Shown here one piece after another: positions 9,679-21,200 of a stretch of 53,515 nucleotides of DNA. Under the pieces are notes generated by a model. That model ran no database searches. It saw only the letters and a list, made by a program, of their open reading frames with translations, and was not told the DNA's origin. The stretch covers positions 1-53,515 of the IMG/VR virus record IMGVR_UViG_3300029267_001921; one strand, 5' to 3'. The position numbers were made by a program, and so were the translations under genes. Numbering within the stretch: the stretch's first letter is position 1; each line of letters opens with the position of its first letter. The stretch comes from a virus (lineage: Duplodnaviria; Caudoviricetes).

Positions 9679-10635
9679 ATGGCTTTCGATATAAATAGAG
9701 TTTCAGGTGTTGGAAGCACAATAGCACGAACCGTTCCTGGTGTCGCTAATATGTTAGGTGATACTTGGATAGGTGAGTTTTTGGGTCTTTCTACCAAAAA
9801 TATTTGGCGTTTAAAAATGAAAGATCCTCCAAATACAGACTTTAAAGGTCAGTTTGTTGCACAAAATTTAACTGAAAATGTAGGTCAGCGATTATCAAAT
9901 GATCCCTCACTTAATCAACAAGATACGGATAAAAAATATTTAGGTGGACAAGGTGAAACAATAACATTTGCAACCAGAATTTGGGCATCTCATTCACTTA
10001 AAAATGTTAAAACAGCAATTGAAACATTAAAAGGATTTACAAAAAGAGATCCAGTTCTTAAACGTGCTCCTATATTCACATTCACATCTGGCACAGAATT
10101 TCAATGTCTTTGTTTTGTTCAGTCAGTTGGTGGGATTGTATATGATGAACCAAGATCAGATGGAACAATTCGAGGTGCAACATTTAGTGTTGCATTAACA
10201 AAGATAGAAGATATTGAAACGCCGCAACAAGGAATGAGTATCGCTGCACTCGTCAAGACCGGATTAGGCGTTGTTAGTGCGGTTTCCAGAGGATCATCAA
10301 ACTTAGGAAAGATATTTATTCCAGGTGGTTCACTTCACGTTAAGGGTAGACAGATAATAACAAAACAAAATCAAACATTTGAGCATATTGCTCAAATAGA
10401 ATACGGTGATGCCCTTGTTGGTGACATATTAAGAAGGGCATACTATCAGAAACCATTAAGTCAGGCAAAACTATCACTTGAAACAGGTGATGTTATTGAT
10501 TTAGTTGATAAAGATGAAATATTTCAAATCTCTGTAACTCCACAGTCTATAGCATTAGAAGAATCGACTGTGAATTTAGAGAACATAAAAAATCATTTTG
10601 AGTTACGTGGAGAAGATAGGACGATTTACGTATAA
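9679..10635 (+). CDS. Tube initiator / baseplate protein with a C-terminal LysM-like domain
   Basis: N-terminal tube-like domain (APIFTFTSG...VQSVGG...DGTIRGATFSVAL) and a C-terminal TKQNQTFEHIAQIEYGD LysM-like motif. Confidence 0.7.
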   Translation: MAFDINRVSGVGSTIARTVPGVANMLGDTWIGEFLGLSTKNIWRLKMKDPPNTDFKGQFVAQNLTENVGQRLSNDPSLNQQDTDKKYLGGQGETITFATRIWASHSLKNVKTAIETLKGFTKRDPVLKRAPIFTFTSGTEFQCLCFVQSVGGIVYDEPRSDGTIRGATFSVALTKIEDIETPQQGMSIAALVKTGLGVVSAVSRGSSNLGKIFIPGGSLHVKGRQIITKQNQTFEHIAQIEYGDALVGDILRRAYYQKPLSQAKLSLETGDVIDLVDKDEIFQISVTPQSIALEESTVNLENIKNHFELRGEDRTIYV

Positions 10636-11858
10636 TGGCTATTAGAAACGACCCATATGCTCCGTATTATGAATTAATTATTGGTGGGGCAAAGATGGAC
10701 GACAACTTTATGAAGTTGGTCTCTGAGGTTTCGTTTGAGGATGAAGCATTGATGATCTCCTCCTTAAAATTTAAAGTAAAATATAGAAGAAATATCAAAG
10801 GTGGCACAAGCGATGATATTTTAAACATGAAAGCACTAAGTCCGGGTAACTTGGTTATACTCAGAGGTGGTTATGGTTCTGATATAAAAGATATAGGCGC
10901 AGGTTATATCATGGACCTTGACCCAGATTTCTCTGATAATGCCGACCCAACGGTTTCGGTCACTTGTTACGACCAACTTCAGAAGTTGTCTCTACGCAAA
11001 TCAGAAAAAGGTGAGGTATTTAAAAACTTCAGAGATAGTCAAATATGTTCAATACTTGGGGAACGTAATGGTTTTTATATTAGAATAGCGGATGCTTCAA
11101 CTTGGTTTGGTATTAGAAAAACAACAGGAAAGAAAGTAAGAACAATAAAAAGAGGTGCATCTGATCTTGATATGTTGAAGGAATTAGCAAAATTAAATAG
11201 TTTTGATCTTTACTGCAAATGGATGCCTGAGAAAAAAAGATTTAATCTTTTCTTTGAACCACCAAAAGATAGAACAAAACAGGTTGTTAAATATGTATAC
11301 GGTAGCGGTGATGTTCCAGTTGTTCCACAAGACTTTAATGGTGAAGTTATTGGAAAATTAGTTTCTTTTAATCCTAAATTCTCAGTCACAACACAATTTA
11401 CTCGATATAAAGTATTTTCTTGGGATAAAAAGGCAGCACGAAAGATATCATACACATTATCAATGGATGAGTTTATGGCAGGGCAAGAGGATTTAAAAAT
11501 AGGTGGAAATAAATCTGATACTCTTTTAAAAAAGAATGCTGCAACAAGTGGTGCCGGAGTAAGAAAGAAAGCGTTTGGTGAAGTAACTGAAATAATTGGA
11601 AAAAGATTATTCACAAGTGAAGCAGACGCTAAGAATTATTTGATTATGCACATGAAGAAAATGGCAAAGGACTTCATTAAAGGTAGCGGGAAAGCCGCTG
11701 GTAATCAGTATTTGCAGTCAAGACAGGTTCATGAATTTGAAGGGCTAGGTGCAATGTTTAGTGGAAAGTATTTTATGGATAAGGTTACGCATAAATTTAG
11801 CCCGTCAGGATATAATTGCACATTTAATGCAAGACGAGTATTGAGAGAGTTAATATAA
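10635..11858 (+). CDS. Baseplate hub protein (late control D / gp27-like)
   Basis: SDLDMLKELAKLN and FEGLGAMFSGKYFMDKVTHKFSPSGYNCTF motifs. Confidence 0.88.
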   Translation: MAIRNDPYAPYYELIIGGAKMDDNFMKLVSEVSFEDEALMISSLKFKVKYRRNIKGGTSDDILNMKALSPGNLVILRGGYGSDIKDIGAGYIMDLDPDFSDNADPTVSVTCYDQLQKLSLRKSEKGEVFKNFRDSQICSILGERNGFYIRIADASTWFGIRKTTGKKVRTIKRGASDLDMLKELAKLNSFDLYCKWMPEKKRFNLFFEPPKDRTKQVVKYVYGSGDVPVVPQDFNGEVIGKLVSFNPKFSVTTQFTRYKVFSWDKKAARKISYTLSMDEFMAGQEDLKIGGNKSDTLLKKNAATSGAGVRKKAFGEVTEIIGKRLFTSEADAKNYLIMHMKKMAKDFIKGSGKAAGNQYLQSRQVHEFEGLGAMFSGKYFMDKVTHKFSPSGYNCTFNARRVLRELI

Positions 11859-12926
11859 ATGGGAAAAGAACAGCACATTGGAATTGTAACAAGGAACGTA
11901 GAAAAGGCGTCTGGTGCAACCAGTTTTGAACAGACAGCCAAAGTAAGTTCCCAATCTTTAGTTGGTGCTGTTTATTTTAAGGCCGAAACATTATACGATG
12001 GCGAGTATCCTCTTCCAGCACTTCCTTCATTCGGGTATGCTGGTGAAAATAATGCAGGATGGTTTTGGGTTCCTAAAGTTGGAGATACAATTATTGTTGA
12101 ATTAGATGAGTCATTGGATGAACCTGATCCAAGATATGTAGCCTGTCTTTATACAAATGTCATTACAATGCACAGGGACTTCAAAAAGAATTATCCTTAT
12201 CGTTTAGGGTTGGTTACTAACTCAAATCATAGATTTATTTTTGATGACTATAGTGGTGTTGAAATAATAAATCTGGAACATACATTTGGTTCAAGAGTTA
12301 AATTTTATGAAGATGGTTCACTTGAATTAACAGCAAGAGAAGTAACAAATCGTGATGATAAAGATGAAGATAATGATACAGTAAATGAAGATCATTTATT
12401 TAAGTTGGGCCTCGATTATACACAGAAGGAAATGGATTTAAAATATACTTACTCAAGTGGAAAGTTTGCTCAATTGAAATTTGATGGTGCTGGTGAGTTA
12501 ATTGAGTTGACCGATCATAGAGGAAATAAAATTACTTTAGATGATAGCGGTATTGAGGTTGTGGATAAAAATACCAATAAGGCTACGTTTGATAGTGATG
12601 GGGTGAAAGTAGAAGATAAAAATGCAAATAAAGTAACAATGGATAGTTCGGGTGTTGAGGTTGAAGATAAGAATTCAAATAAGAAAACATTTGATTCATC
12701 TGGAATTAAGTTAGAAGATAAAAATGGAAACACTTTTGAAATGAGTGCAACAGGGGTCAAAATACAAGACGCAGCAGGGAACATATTTCAATTTACTCCG
12801 GCGGGTCTTGTATTAAACACCACTGCTAATTTAGTAACAATTGATGGCTCTATTTATGGAGTTCATCAGCATCTCGGTAACTTAGGTGTACCAACAGGTC
12901 CACCAATGGATGGGAATACAGCATAA
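11859..12926 (+). CDS. Central spike (gp5/gpV-like OB fold plus beta-helix, HxH tip)
   Basis: GWFWVPKVGDTIIVE OB-fold motif, 17-aa repeats (VEDKNxNKxTxDSxG) and C-terminal HQH...PTGPP. Confidence 0.88.
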   Translation: MGKEQHIGIVTRNVEKASGATSFEQTAKVSSQSLVGAVYFKAETLYDGEYPLPALPSFGYAGENNAGWFWVPKVGDTIIVELDESLDEPDPRYVACLYTNVITMHRDFKKNYPYRLGLVTNSNHRFIFDDYSGVEIINLEHTFGSRVKFYEDGSLELTAREVTNRDDKDEDNDTVNEDHLFKLGLDYTQKEMDLKYTYSSGKFAQLKFDGAGELIELTDHRGNKITLDDSGIEVVDKNTNKATFDSDGVKVEDKNANKVTMDSSGVEVEDKNSNKKTFDSSGIKLEDKNGNTFEMSATGVKIQDAAGNIFQFTPAGLVLNTTANLVTIDGSIYGVHQHLGNLGVPTGPPMDGNTA

Positions 12927-13480
12927 TGGGTGCAGCAGAAGATTTTGTAAACCCTATAATGGATTGCATGGATTTTGCAGGTGTCGGACTGCCCATACCT
13001 GACATTGCAGGACCAGGTGGTCTTCCAAATTTCTGTCTTGGTTTATTCTTATCTCAAATGGCAGGAATAAACTTTGTTTTGGATTTCATTCCACCTGATC
13101 CTGCAAACCTTCCTTCGCTTCCATCTTTACAAATCTTTATTGATGCGTTCTTGGGTGGTATTGATTTCCCATATTATATGCCTGAATTTGATCTTGGTGG
13201 GGGTTTTACTATTCCAGAAATGCCGGGTTTGCCTGATATTGACGGTACTGGTGCGATTAAATTGTGTGCAATATTCATTAAATTGCCTTTCCAATGTATT
13301 GAATTAATTATTGATAAGATTATAAGTGATCTAACAGTTGAAATACCGGGGATTCCAGATATTGAGGCATTATTTTTATCACTAGCCGCTAGTTTTGGGT
13401 TGGCTGGTTTGGGTATAATAAATTTAGCATTGTGTGTTGCAACGGCTTTGTTTAACCTGTTAACCGATATGTTATTATAG
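12926..13480 (+). CDS. Hydrophobic Pro-rich virion protein of unknown function
   Basis: 184 aa, translationally coupled to the spike, almost devoid of basic residues, hydrophobic C-terminal segment. Confidence 0.6.
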   Translation: MGAAEDFVNPIMDCMDFAGVGLPIPDIAGPGGLPNFCLGLFLSQMAGINFVLDFIPPDPANLPSLPSLQIFIDAFLGGIDFPYYMPEFDLGGGFTIPEMPGLPDIDGTGAIKLCAIFIKLPFQCIELIIDKIISDLTVEIPGIPDIEALFLSLAASFGLAGLGIINLALCVATALFNLLTDMLL

Positions 13481-13489
13481 GAGGACGTT

Positions 13490-13882
13490 ATGCCAATAGG
13501 ATTATCAGTTCCAGTATATGTTAACAAAGGCGGTGGTGCGCAAATGCAAAAGGAAGAAAATCAATTAGATAAATTGGTTGTACTTGCGCTCCAAGAGGGT
13601 GAAGATGACAATCCATTCCAAGAATTGGGTTTAGATCCTCGTATTATATATAGGGTGAATGATGACGCTGCTAAATTTGATGCCAGAGATGATATTGAAA
13701 ATATATTGAAATCGTTTAAAAATAGACTAGAATTAGGACCAGATGGAGTTGTGATTAATAAGGAAGATAATACACAACAAACAGAAGAAGGCGAACTGCA
13801 TGTTTCATTTGAGTATATTAATTTAGATGTAAATGAAGCAAAAGAATTTGCAGCACCGTTTGAAGAATTAGGAGATAAATAA
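13490..13882 (+). CDS. Baseplate wedge/sheath initiator (gp25-like)
   Basis: 130 aa just before baseplate J. Pattern FQELGLDPRIIY...IENILKSFKNR...LHVSFEY. Confidence 0.7.
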   Translation: MPIGLSVPVYVNKGGGAQMQKEENQLDKLVVLALQEGEDDNPFQELGLDPRIIYRVNDDAAKFDARDDIENILKSFKNRLELGPDGVVINKEDNTQQTEEGELHVSFEYINLDVNEAKEFAAPFEELGDK

Positions 13883-16341
13883 TGGCTGGAACATTAATAG
13901 AGATACCGACTATTGATTATTCCGATATGTATTATCCTGACATACTGAAAATGTTAATTCAGTATAGAAGAGAACATGCACCGGAAGTAACAGAAGAAAA
14001 TGAATATGAACCATATGTACAGTTAGAAAGAGCGTATGCGCTGGTCGGGCATTTGAATAATGTTCTACTTGATGTTGTAGCAAATGAGAGCCTTTTGCCT
14101 ACGGCTAAGTTATTGGAATCAGTAAGAAATCATCTAAGATTAATTGATTATCATTTAGCTTTGGCTACTCCTGCGAGTACAGATGTCATATACGAATTAT
14201 CAAAAGTATTCACTGCCACAACTGATTTTGTTCCTCAAAATTCTCAATCAGGGACTGAGGAAACAGAAGAGAGAGCATCGGTATTATTTGAGGCAGTGGA
14301 AAATCATACAATTGATAGAACAGATGAAGTGAGTTACGTATTCAGTTGGAATTCTGGATCAATCGAAATTGTCAATAATACATTTGATGCTGGCGACACA
14401 ATAATTATAAACACAGCCAACTTTATATATGCAACTCATTTCACCGCTGGTATAGACACAGCCGCAACAGCACAAAATTTAGCAGACGCAATAAATACAT
14501 CAACAAATGATAATATATTTGGAAAAATAAAGGCTATCGTATATGGTAGCAAAATCTCATTGGTCAACCTTGACGACTCAACTGAAATAACAGTAACAAA
14601 AATAGACGGTGTTACATTAAACTTCAATATTAGTAGTGGCTCTTTTTCTTCGGATAACGCAGCAACAGCGAATACTGATGCTGTATTCTTCACTGTATTC
14701 ACCGATCCTAAACCCGGTGATTGTCTATATTTCGGCCATAAACACGTTCAAGAAGATAAAATTGTAATGAGTTTCAATGTACCAGCATCAGGTATCACAG
14801 GTGTTTGGGAATATTATGATGGTGAATTAGAAGATGTTAATCCAACTACTGTAACCAATCTTGGTTCAAATTTAAAATTTAATGTATCAGAATTACTTCC
14901 AGATGGAACAGACTGCACAGGAACAATTGTAAGAGTTAAATTACAAGAAACATCTGCGTTTGAGGACTGTGTATCATATTATGATGCAGGGACAAACTAT
15001 ATAGAAACAACAGAATTGTTAGGTCAGGTTTCGCCAAGTACAGATGAAGAGGATTATGTTGTTGGTTCCAATTGGCAATTACTTCCTGAGATAGAAGATA
15101 AAACATTGGATATGACAACAGATGAGGAAATAAATTTTCAATTGCCAGAAGATGTGGATATGGAATGGGAATCCAGAACGATTAATTCTCTGTATAGTGC
15201 TTACTTTCTGCGTTACAGAATTATTTCAATAGTTGCTCCTGTTTCTGCTGTGATAGATCGTATTCTAATTGATGAAGGCGCACAATATTTAAAAGTGTTA
15301 GTATCACAAGGTGAAACAAGAACAGAAGATCCACTTGGTAGTTCTGATGGGACATCAAACCAAGAATTTGCTTTAACATATGCTCCTTTGATTCCTGATT
15401 CATTAGTTATTGAGATTGATGAAGGAACAGGATTCACAGCATGGAGTGAAAAGACAAATTTCCTTTCTTCAAATTCCAATTCAAAAGATTATGTTTTGGA
15501 AGTGAAGGCTGATGATACAGCAATAGTAAAATTTGGAGATAATATTAGAGGAAAAATACCTGCTGCTGGCGTAGATAACATAAAGGCTACATATAAAACA
15601 GGTGCAGATGAGGATGGAAATGTTGGATCAAGTACAATTACAGTCAATAAGGCTGGTATTTCCTTTGTAAATAGACTATGGAATCCAAGGCAAGCAACAG
15701 GCTGGACAGCGAAAGAAGGGTCAACAGAAGAGGATTTAGCCAGAGTAAAAATAGAAGGTCCAGCATCTATTAGAGTATTAAGTAGAGGAATAACCGCTTA
15801 TGATATTGAATACTTAACCAGCAACTATACAAACACTGCGGGTTCCAAAATTGTATCCAGAGCAAAGGCGGTTGAAGAAACATTTGGAGTAAAAACAATA
15901 GAGAATATAGTTGTTGGGCAGGGTGGAAATCAGTTATCCGCATCAGAAAGAAATGAAATTGAAACATATTTTAATGGCGATAGAACACAGGGTATAAATG
16001 GTGTATTAGTTACTAATCATGAGGTTACAGTGGTTAATTACACCAAAAAGATAATTGATGTAACTGCCACTGTATATGGTGGAAATCGTACAGAAATTGA
16101 GAATGCGGTTAGGAATTTTATTCATCCAGAGGCTAAATATTCCGATGGTGTAACATATAGGTGGGAGTTTAGTACAGCAGACACTATACAATATTTTAGG
16201 GTTGCATTATTGTATGCTATCATTTACGAGGTTGATCCTTTAAATATTTCTAACGTGGTTATTAGTCAACCAGCAAGTGATATAGCATTTGATTTAAGAG
16301 AACTTCCCTACGCAGGGACAGTGAGTATAACGGTGGTTTAA
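13882..16341 (+). CDS. Baseplate J / gp6-like wedge protein (long form)
   Basis: LDVVANESLLPTAKLLESV, LGSSDGTSNQEFAL, VKFGDNIRGKIP, GNVG and RGITAYDIEYL motifs. Confidence 0.92.
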   Translation: MAGTLIEIPTIDYSDMYYPDILKMLIQYRREHAPEVTEENEYEPYVQLERAYALVGHLNNVLLDVVANESLLPTAKLLESVRNHLRLIDYHLALATPASTDVIYELSKVFTATTDFVPQNSQSGTEETEERASVLFEAVENHTIDRTDEVSYVFSWNSGSIEIVNNTFDAGDTIIINTANFIYATHFTAGIDTAATAQNLADAINTSTNDNIFGKIKAIVYGSKISLVNLDDSTEITVTKIDGVTLNFNISSGSFSSDNAATANTDAVFFTVFTDPKPGDCLYFGHKHVQEDKIVMSFNVPASGITGVWEYYDGELEDVNPTTVTNLGSNLKFNVSELLPDGTDCTGTIVRVKLQETSAFEDCVSYYDAGTNYIETTELLGQVSPSTDEEDYVVGSNWQLLPEIEDKTLDMTTDEEINFQLPEDVDMEWESRTINSLYSAYFLRYRIISIVAPVSAVIDRILIDEGAQYLKVLVSQGETRTEDPLGSSDGTSNQEFALTYAPLIPDSLVIEIDEGTGFTAWSEKTNFLSSNSNSKDYVLEVKADDTAIVKFGDNIRGKIPAAGVDNIKATYKTGADEDGNVGSSTITVNKAGISFVNRLWNPRQATGWTAKEGSTEEDLARVKIEGPASIRVLSRGITAYDIEYLTSNYTNTAGSKIVSRAKAVEETFGVKTIENIVVGQGGNQLSASERNEIETYFNGDRTQGINGVLVTNHEVTVVNYTKKIIDVTATVYGGNRTEIENAVRNFIHPEAKYSDGVTYRWEFSTADTIQYFRVALLYAIIYEVDPLNISNVVISQPASDIAFDLRELPYAGTVSITVV

Positions 16342-18215
16342 TGGCAAAGATAAATCAAAATTTTCCGTTTGATATATTTCGGTTCATTCATAAACCGATT
16401 AGAACCGCAGATAAAGACAGGGATAACTTTCTTGAACGCTACCTCTATGGTCCTCAAATTATATGGGAGGGAATGCGTGATAAGATAGAGGATATTTCTA
16501 AAATTGTGAATCCTGAAACCTGTCCAACTGATCTATTACAGTATTTAAAAGATATAGTAGGGCTAACAAGGGACTTAAGAAACATAACAGATGCGCTATC
16601 TGAGGATGATTTAAGAAAGGTTATTTTACTAGCCGTTCCTTTATGGAAAACCAAAGGTATAGAGGTAGGGCTAAAGAATATAATTAAACTGTTCACTGGA
16701 TTCAATGCCCGAATTTTTAACTGGTTTGATTATAGGATGATAATTGGTGAGAAAGCAATTGGTGAGGAACAGTTAGGTGAGGATGCTTGGATTATTTCAA
16801 GGCCAGGAGTTGCTGGTACAACCCCATTAGGTGAAGTTCAATTACTTTTACAATTTAATACGTTTGATGAAATAGAGGATGGTTCACTATTTCAAAATCC
16901 TATTGTTCCTTACGGAACATATGTATTTCAAAGTGGTGGTCCTTTTGCTACAAGTGATTATTATTTATTTGGAAATCCTTTTTATCTTCATATTCCACAT
17001 AGATCAATATTTGATTTTTCAGGGCATTGGACAATTGAAGGATATGTTATAACAAATACAACCCAAATGATTCCTTTATTTCATAAATATGACTCTACCC
17101 TAAACAAAGGCGTTAAATTAGAACTCAATACAACAACAAGTGAAGTGACATGGACAATTGCAGATGGAACAACAACACAAACTCAAACATGGTCTGCTGG
17201 GGTTCCATTAGCAAATGGTTTATTTCATCATGTTGCTTGGGTTGTTGATTGGGATGAAGATACAGACGGCGAAACATCTGTCTGGGTTGACGGCAATAGA
17301 ATTGGAAATGTTGATCTATCTGGTGCGTTTGTTAGGCAGGGAATCAATAATAGTGAAGATATATTTGTTGGTGAAGATGCACTCGGTGGAACAGGCATCT
17401 ACGCCGGAATAGACGGAATAAGGGTTACAAAAGACGTTAGATATGCTGTCACGTTAGCAACAATTACATCTCCGGGAGTTAATTTTGTTGAGTATCAAGA
17501 GGAACAATTAGATGAATTCCAAATAGATGTAAGGGTTGTTGATGATGGAACACTTGATAGAACAATATTGAAGCGTATTTTAAATCTTATGCGACCTGTT
17601 TCAGAAAGAATAAATATTCTTTATATTGATTTCTATGATGAATTTGAAGATGGAAAAGGTCAATATAATACAATTTCAGGTAGTGCATATGTTGAAAAAA
17701 CAGATGATGTTTATTATTTTAAACTACCTGAATTATCATTAGAACACGCTGATGTATTAGGTGCATCTGATTGGAAAAACTATTTAGTGCAACATAGGTG
17801 TACCATTTATTCAGGTGATGAATTTGAAATAAGGTATTTAATTCAAGATGTTGATAACTACTATGCGTTTAGAGTGAATTCAAATACAAAGAAAGCACAT
17901 ATGGAAAGAGTTGTTGGGGGAGTGAGAACAGCATTAGCAAGTTCAGTGGACATTGATATTGAAACCGCTAATCTTCCAATTTATATTCCATATTATGTTT
18001 TTATGGTGACTTGTTTTAGGAACGAAACAACAGGTGTTACAACATTAAAGGCGTATATAGATTCCAATAAAATATTTGATGTGGATGATACTAATTTTGA
18101 AAAGGGTACATTTGGACTATATACATACGCTGGAACAACGGTCTGGTGCAGCGAAGCAGAGATGTTTCAAATGCCACTCGACCACGATAGAATTGATCCT
18201 AATAGTGAATTTTAA
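16341..18215 (+). CDS. Baseplate wedge protein (P2 gpI / gp7-like) with inserted LamG and C-terminal lectin-like domains
   Basis: FLERYL, NPETCPTDLLQYL, LWKTKG and ILNLMRPVS motifs, plus the LamG pattern WTIEGY...FHHVAWV...VWVDG...IDGIRVTK. Confidence 0.8.
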   Translation: MAKINQNFPFDIFRFIHKPIRTADKDRDNFLERYLYGPQIIWEGMRDKIEDISKIVNPETCPTDLLQYLKDIVGLTRDLRNITDALSEDDLRKVILLAVPLWKTKGIEVGLKNIIKLFTGFNARIFNWFDYRMIIGEKAIGEEQLGEDAWIISRPGVAGTTPLGEVQLLLQFNTFDEIEDGSLFQNPIVPYGTYVFQSGGPFATSDYYLFGNPFYLHIPHRSIFDFSGHWTIEGYVITNTTQMIPLFHKYDSTLNKGVKLELNTTTSEVTWTIADGTTTQTQTWSAGVPLANGLFHHVAWVVDWDEDTDGETSVWVDGNRIGNVDLSGAFVRQGINNSEDIFVGEDALGGTGIYAGIDGIRVTKDVRYAVTLATITSPGVNFVEYQEEQLDEFQIDVRVVDDGTLDRTILKRILNLMRPVSERINILYIDFYDEFEDGKGQYNTISGSAYVEKTDDVYYFKLPELSLEHADVLGASDWKNYLVQHRCTIYSGDEFEIRYLIQDVDNYYAFRVNSNTKKAHMERVVGGVRTALASSVDIDIETANLPIYIPYYVFMVTCFRNETTGVTTLKAYIDSNKIFDVDDTNFEKGTFGLYTYAGTTVWCSEAEMFQMPLDHDRIDPNSEF

Positions 18216-18241
18216 GGATGTATAACTAAGGAGAGTTTATA

Positions 18242-21200
18242 ATGTCAACGGGTGATCGCAAAGTAAATATATTTTTAAAGAAATTCTTAACCCAGCAACA
18301 CATTACAGACAACTTTCTTGATTACTTACACGAATTAATCATGGAAGACCATCAAAAGTTAGTGCCGAGTTCAGGTGTGTATTCTTATCCTGTTACGGCT
18401 AAATCCACGCTGGTTGATACAATTGATTTTTTAACGCCGGGTGAGATTAACGCAGGTGATGGGAACGGACCACAATTGGAAGCAGATGATGGACACGGTA
18501 GGATACTTAAACTTGATGATCTGTTGAGACAACAAGTTTTAGTTCCGAATGATGTTGGTGTCAAGTATTATTCAGGTGTAAGGTTTAATTACTATCCCGT
18601 TGATACAGAAATAAATGTTAGAACAGGTATTATAAAATGGTCATTATACAATGAAGCAATTGGTGAGAGAGGTGAACCTAATTTTGTAAGTTATTATGGT
18701 TCTCAACTCCAAATGCAAGTGGACAATATTTGTAAGGACGTTAATCAACATGGTCGTGTTGTTCGTGTATGGTTGAAAACACCTGTATCACAGGCATCTG
18801 GGGATGTATATGAAGAAGTTTCAATTATACCTCAATCAATTGTATTCGGGCATGATGGTGGATTAAATTATTTTGATGTACCAAATGAAATGAGTGGTTA
18901 TTTTGCCGCCGCACAATCAGTTACAATAGATCAAGTTCCAACTAATCCTGTAACAACTACAGTTACTTTTGTTGGAGCCGATGATTCGGGTGGTTCTGGA
19001 TATACAAGAATCACAGTACCGATTGATTTAAGTGTTTATACTGTCGCCACCAGTTCATTTGTGCTGTCTGGAAATAATGTCATTAATTTAGTTGGAACAT
19101 TAGGACAGAGTTCTAATCCATCCATTGATCCAACTGATTATGAAATATTTCTTTATGGTATAACAATCACAACACAAGATTTAAGATTGGATGAATATTA
19201 TGCGTACCTATTGAACTATACAGGAACAGGTACAGGAAACAACCCTGGATCGTTTGATTTCTCAGATCAAGTTGAAGTACCAAATAATTTTTCAAGTATC
19301 TCTATCATATTAAGTAATTTTAAAAAGTATCAGATTCAACGTAATGCTTTCATACTGAGGGGTGGAGGGCAATTCAAATTTGAATCTGGAACTCTTGACT
19401 GGAATCAGGAGTTCCAGATAGTTAACCCCTTTAGAGGACTATATTCTATTGCCGCAAGTAGTTTAGGCGGCATTGTAAATGACGATATTCTTTATACCAA
19501 AATTTATATTGATCAACCAGTTGTAATTGACGGGAATGCAAGTGGAGAAATTTGGATAGAGGATACAACAGATTTCAGTGATAACGATGCGGTTATTATA
19601 GGTGATAATGATTCAAATAGGGTGACTGGTTACATAATGGGCGCACCCGGATTAGAAAAAATTGTGGTTGATGATGGATTAGGAACACCACTTGATCTAT
19701 CTGGATTCACAACACTAAAGGGCGCATGGGTTCAAAGAACAAATATCAGCCTACAGAAAGCACAAATTAATGAAGGTGATTTAAGGCCAGCAATATTCGG
19801 TGAACTTGATGAAGATGTTGCTGTAATTGCCGTTGCTCACAATAATGTTTTAGTATTTAAAGACGGCGTTCTGAGATTAGAGGACGGTGATGTTGGTGAA
19901 ATATCAAATCTTCCAAGTGGATTTACTTGGGTAAACAATATAACTGAACTCACTGATTCTATTACTAAAACACAGGATAAAGGAATCGGAGTTCTTTCTC
20001 CGGGTACATATACGCCCACCGTACAAATTGACTATAATAAGAATTTAGCATGGATAGGACTTTCCGATTGGACAATTATTCAAGGAAATCTTGCCACACC
20101 AGTTATGAAGATTCAATATGATGCAACAACAACTGATTCATATATGAGGGTTGAACTCAATCGGTTAATTATTCAAAATAATGGTGCTGGTGATGTAATT
20201 GAGATTGATAATACTGGTGCAACAAAGGGTATGGAAATTGTTCTTGATGGCTGTGTTCTTTTGGGGTCAGGTGGAAATGTATTAAAGGTCACTCATAGTG
20301 AATCCAGCCAATGGATTAAAGTTAGAATACTTAATTCAAGATCACAGGATTTTGAAGGCAGTATAGTATTTGAATCACAGAATAATAGTGATGAATTATT
20401 TATTAAGAATGTAAAATTAGCGGCTGGCGAAACAATCACATTTGGGAAAGCCGCATTTGATCCCACTTCTACGTGTACTATTCATGATTGTTGGGTTGAT
20501 CATGTTGATGCGGTTGGTGCAGGAACAAACAAATCAATCAATATAATTAATTCGTATTCTTATGAGGATAATAAACGAATTGATCTAAATGGATCTGGAA
20601 ACGCTACATTTAACGTAAATGTTGATTTAGTTGATCTTCAGGATTTCATTAATTATCAAACCAGAGTGAACGGATTAATATTTAGAGGTGGTGGACAAAT
20701 AGATTTCCTATCGAGTACATTTAGTTGGACTGCTGACTTTGAAATATTCGATCCGTTTTATGGAATATCAATTATTCCTGCTGGTTCAATCCCTGCGATT
20801 GTAAATAATGATGTATTTTATACCAAATTATACAGGCCACAGGAAGTTGTTGTAGATGGAAATCCTGTTGGTCAAATAGGCGTAAAAGATACCTCTGATT
20901 TTAACGATAATGACACAGTAGTTGTTGGTGATGCAAATTCAACACAATTAACTGGATATGTAATGGGCGTACCTGCTGGTGGTATTATAACAGTAGATGA
21001 CGGTGCAGGGAATCCATATGACCTTTCTAATTTCACAAAATCACAAGGTGCGTGGATTCAACGAACAAATATAGCGATGTTAAAAGGTACACAAAACGTA
21101 GGTGATTTAAGGCCGGATTATCTGCGTAAAACAGACAGTAGGATTTATGTAATTGCTGTCTGTAATGGAAATAATATTGTAGATAGAAACGGTGAAATAT

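Noticed and set aside
1-18215. Stand-alone eCIS or tailocin locus
   Set aside because: Head-tail connector genes, a TP901-type tape measure and linked replication genes indicate a complete phage.
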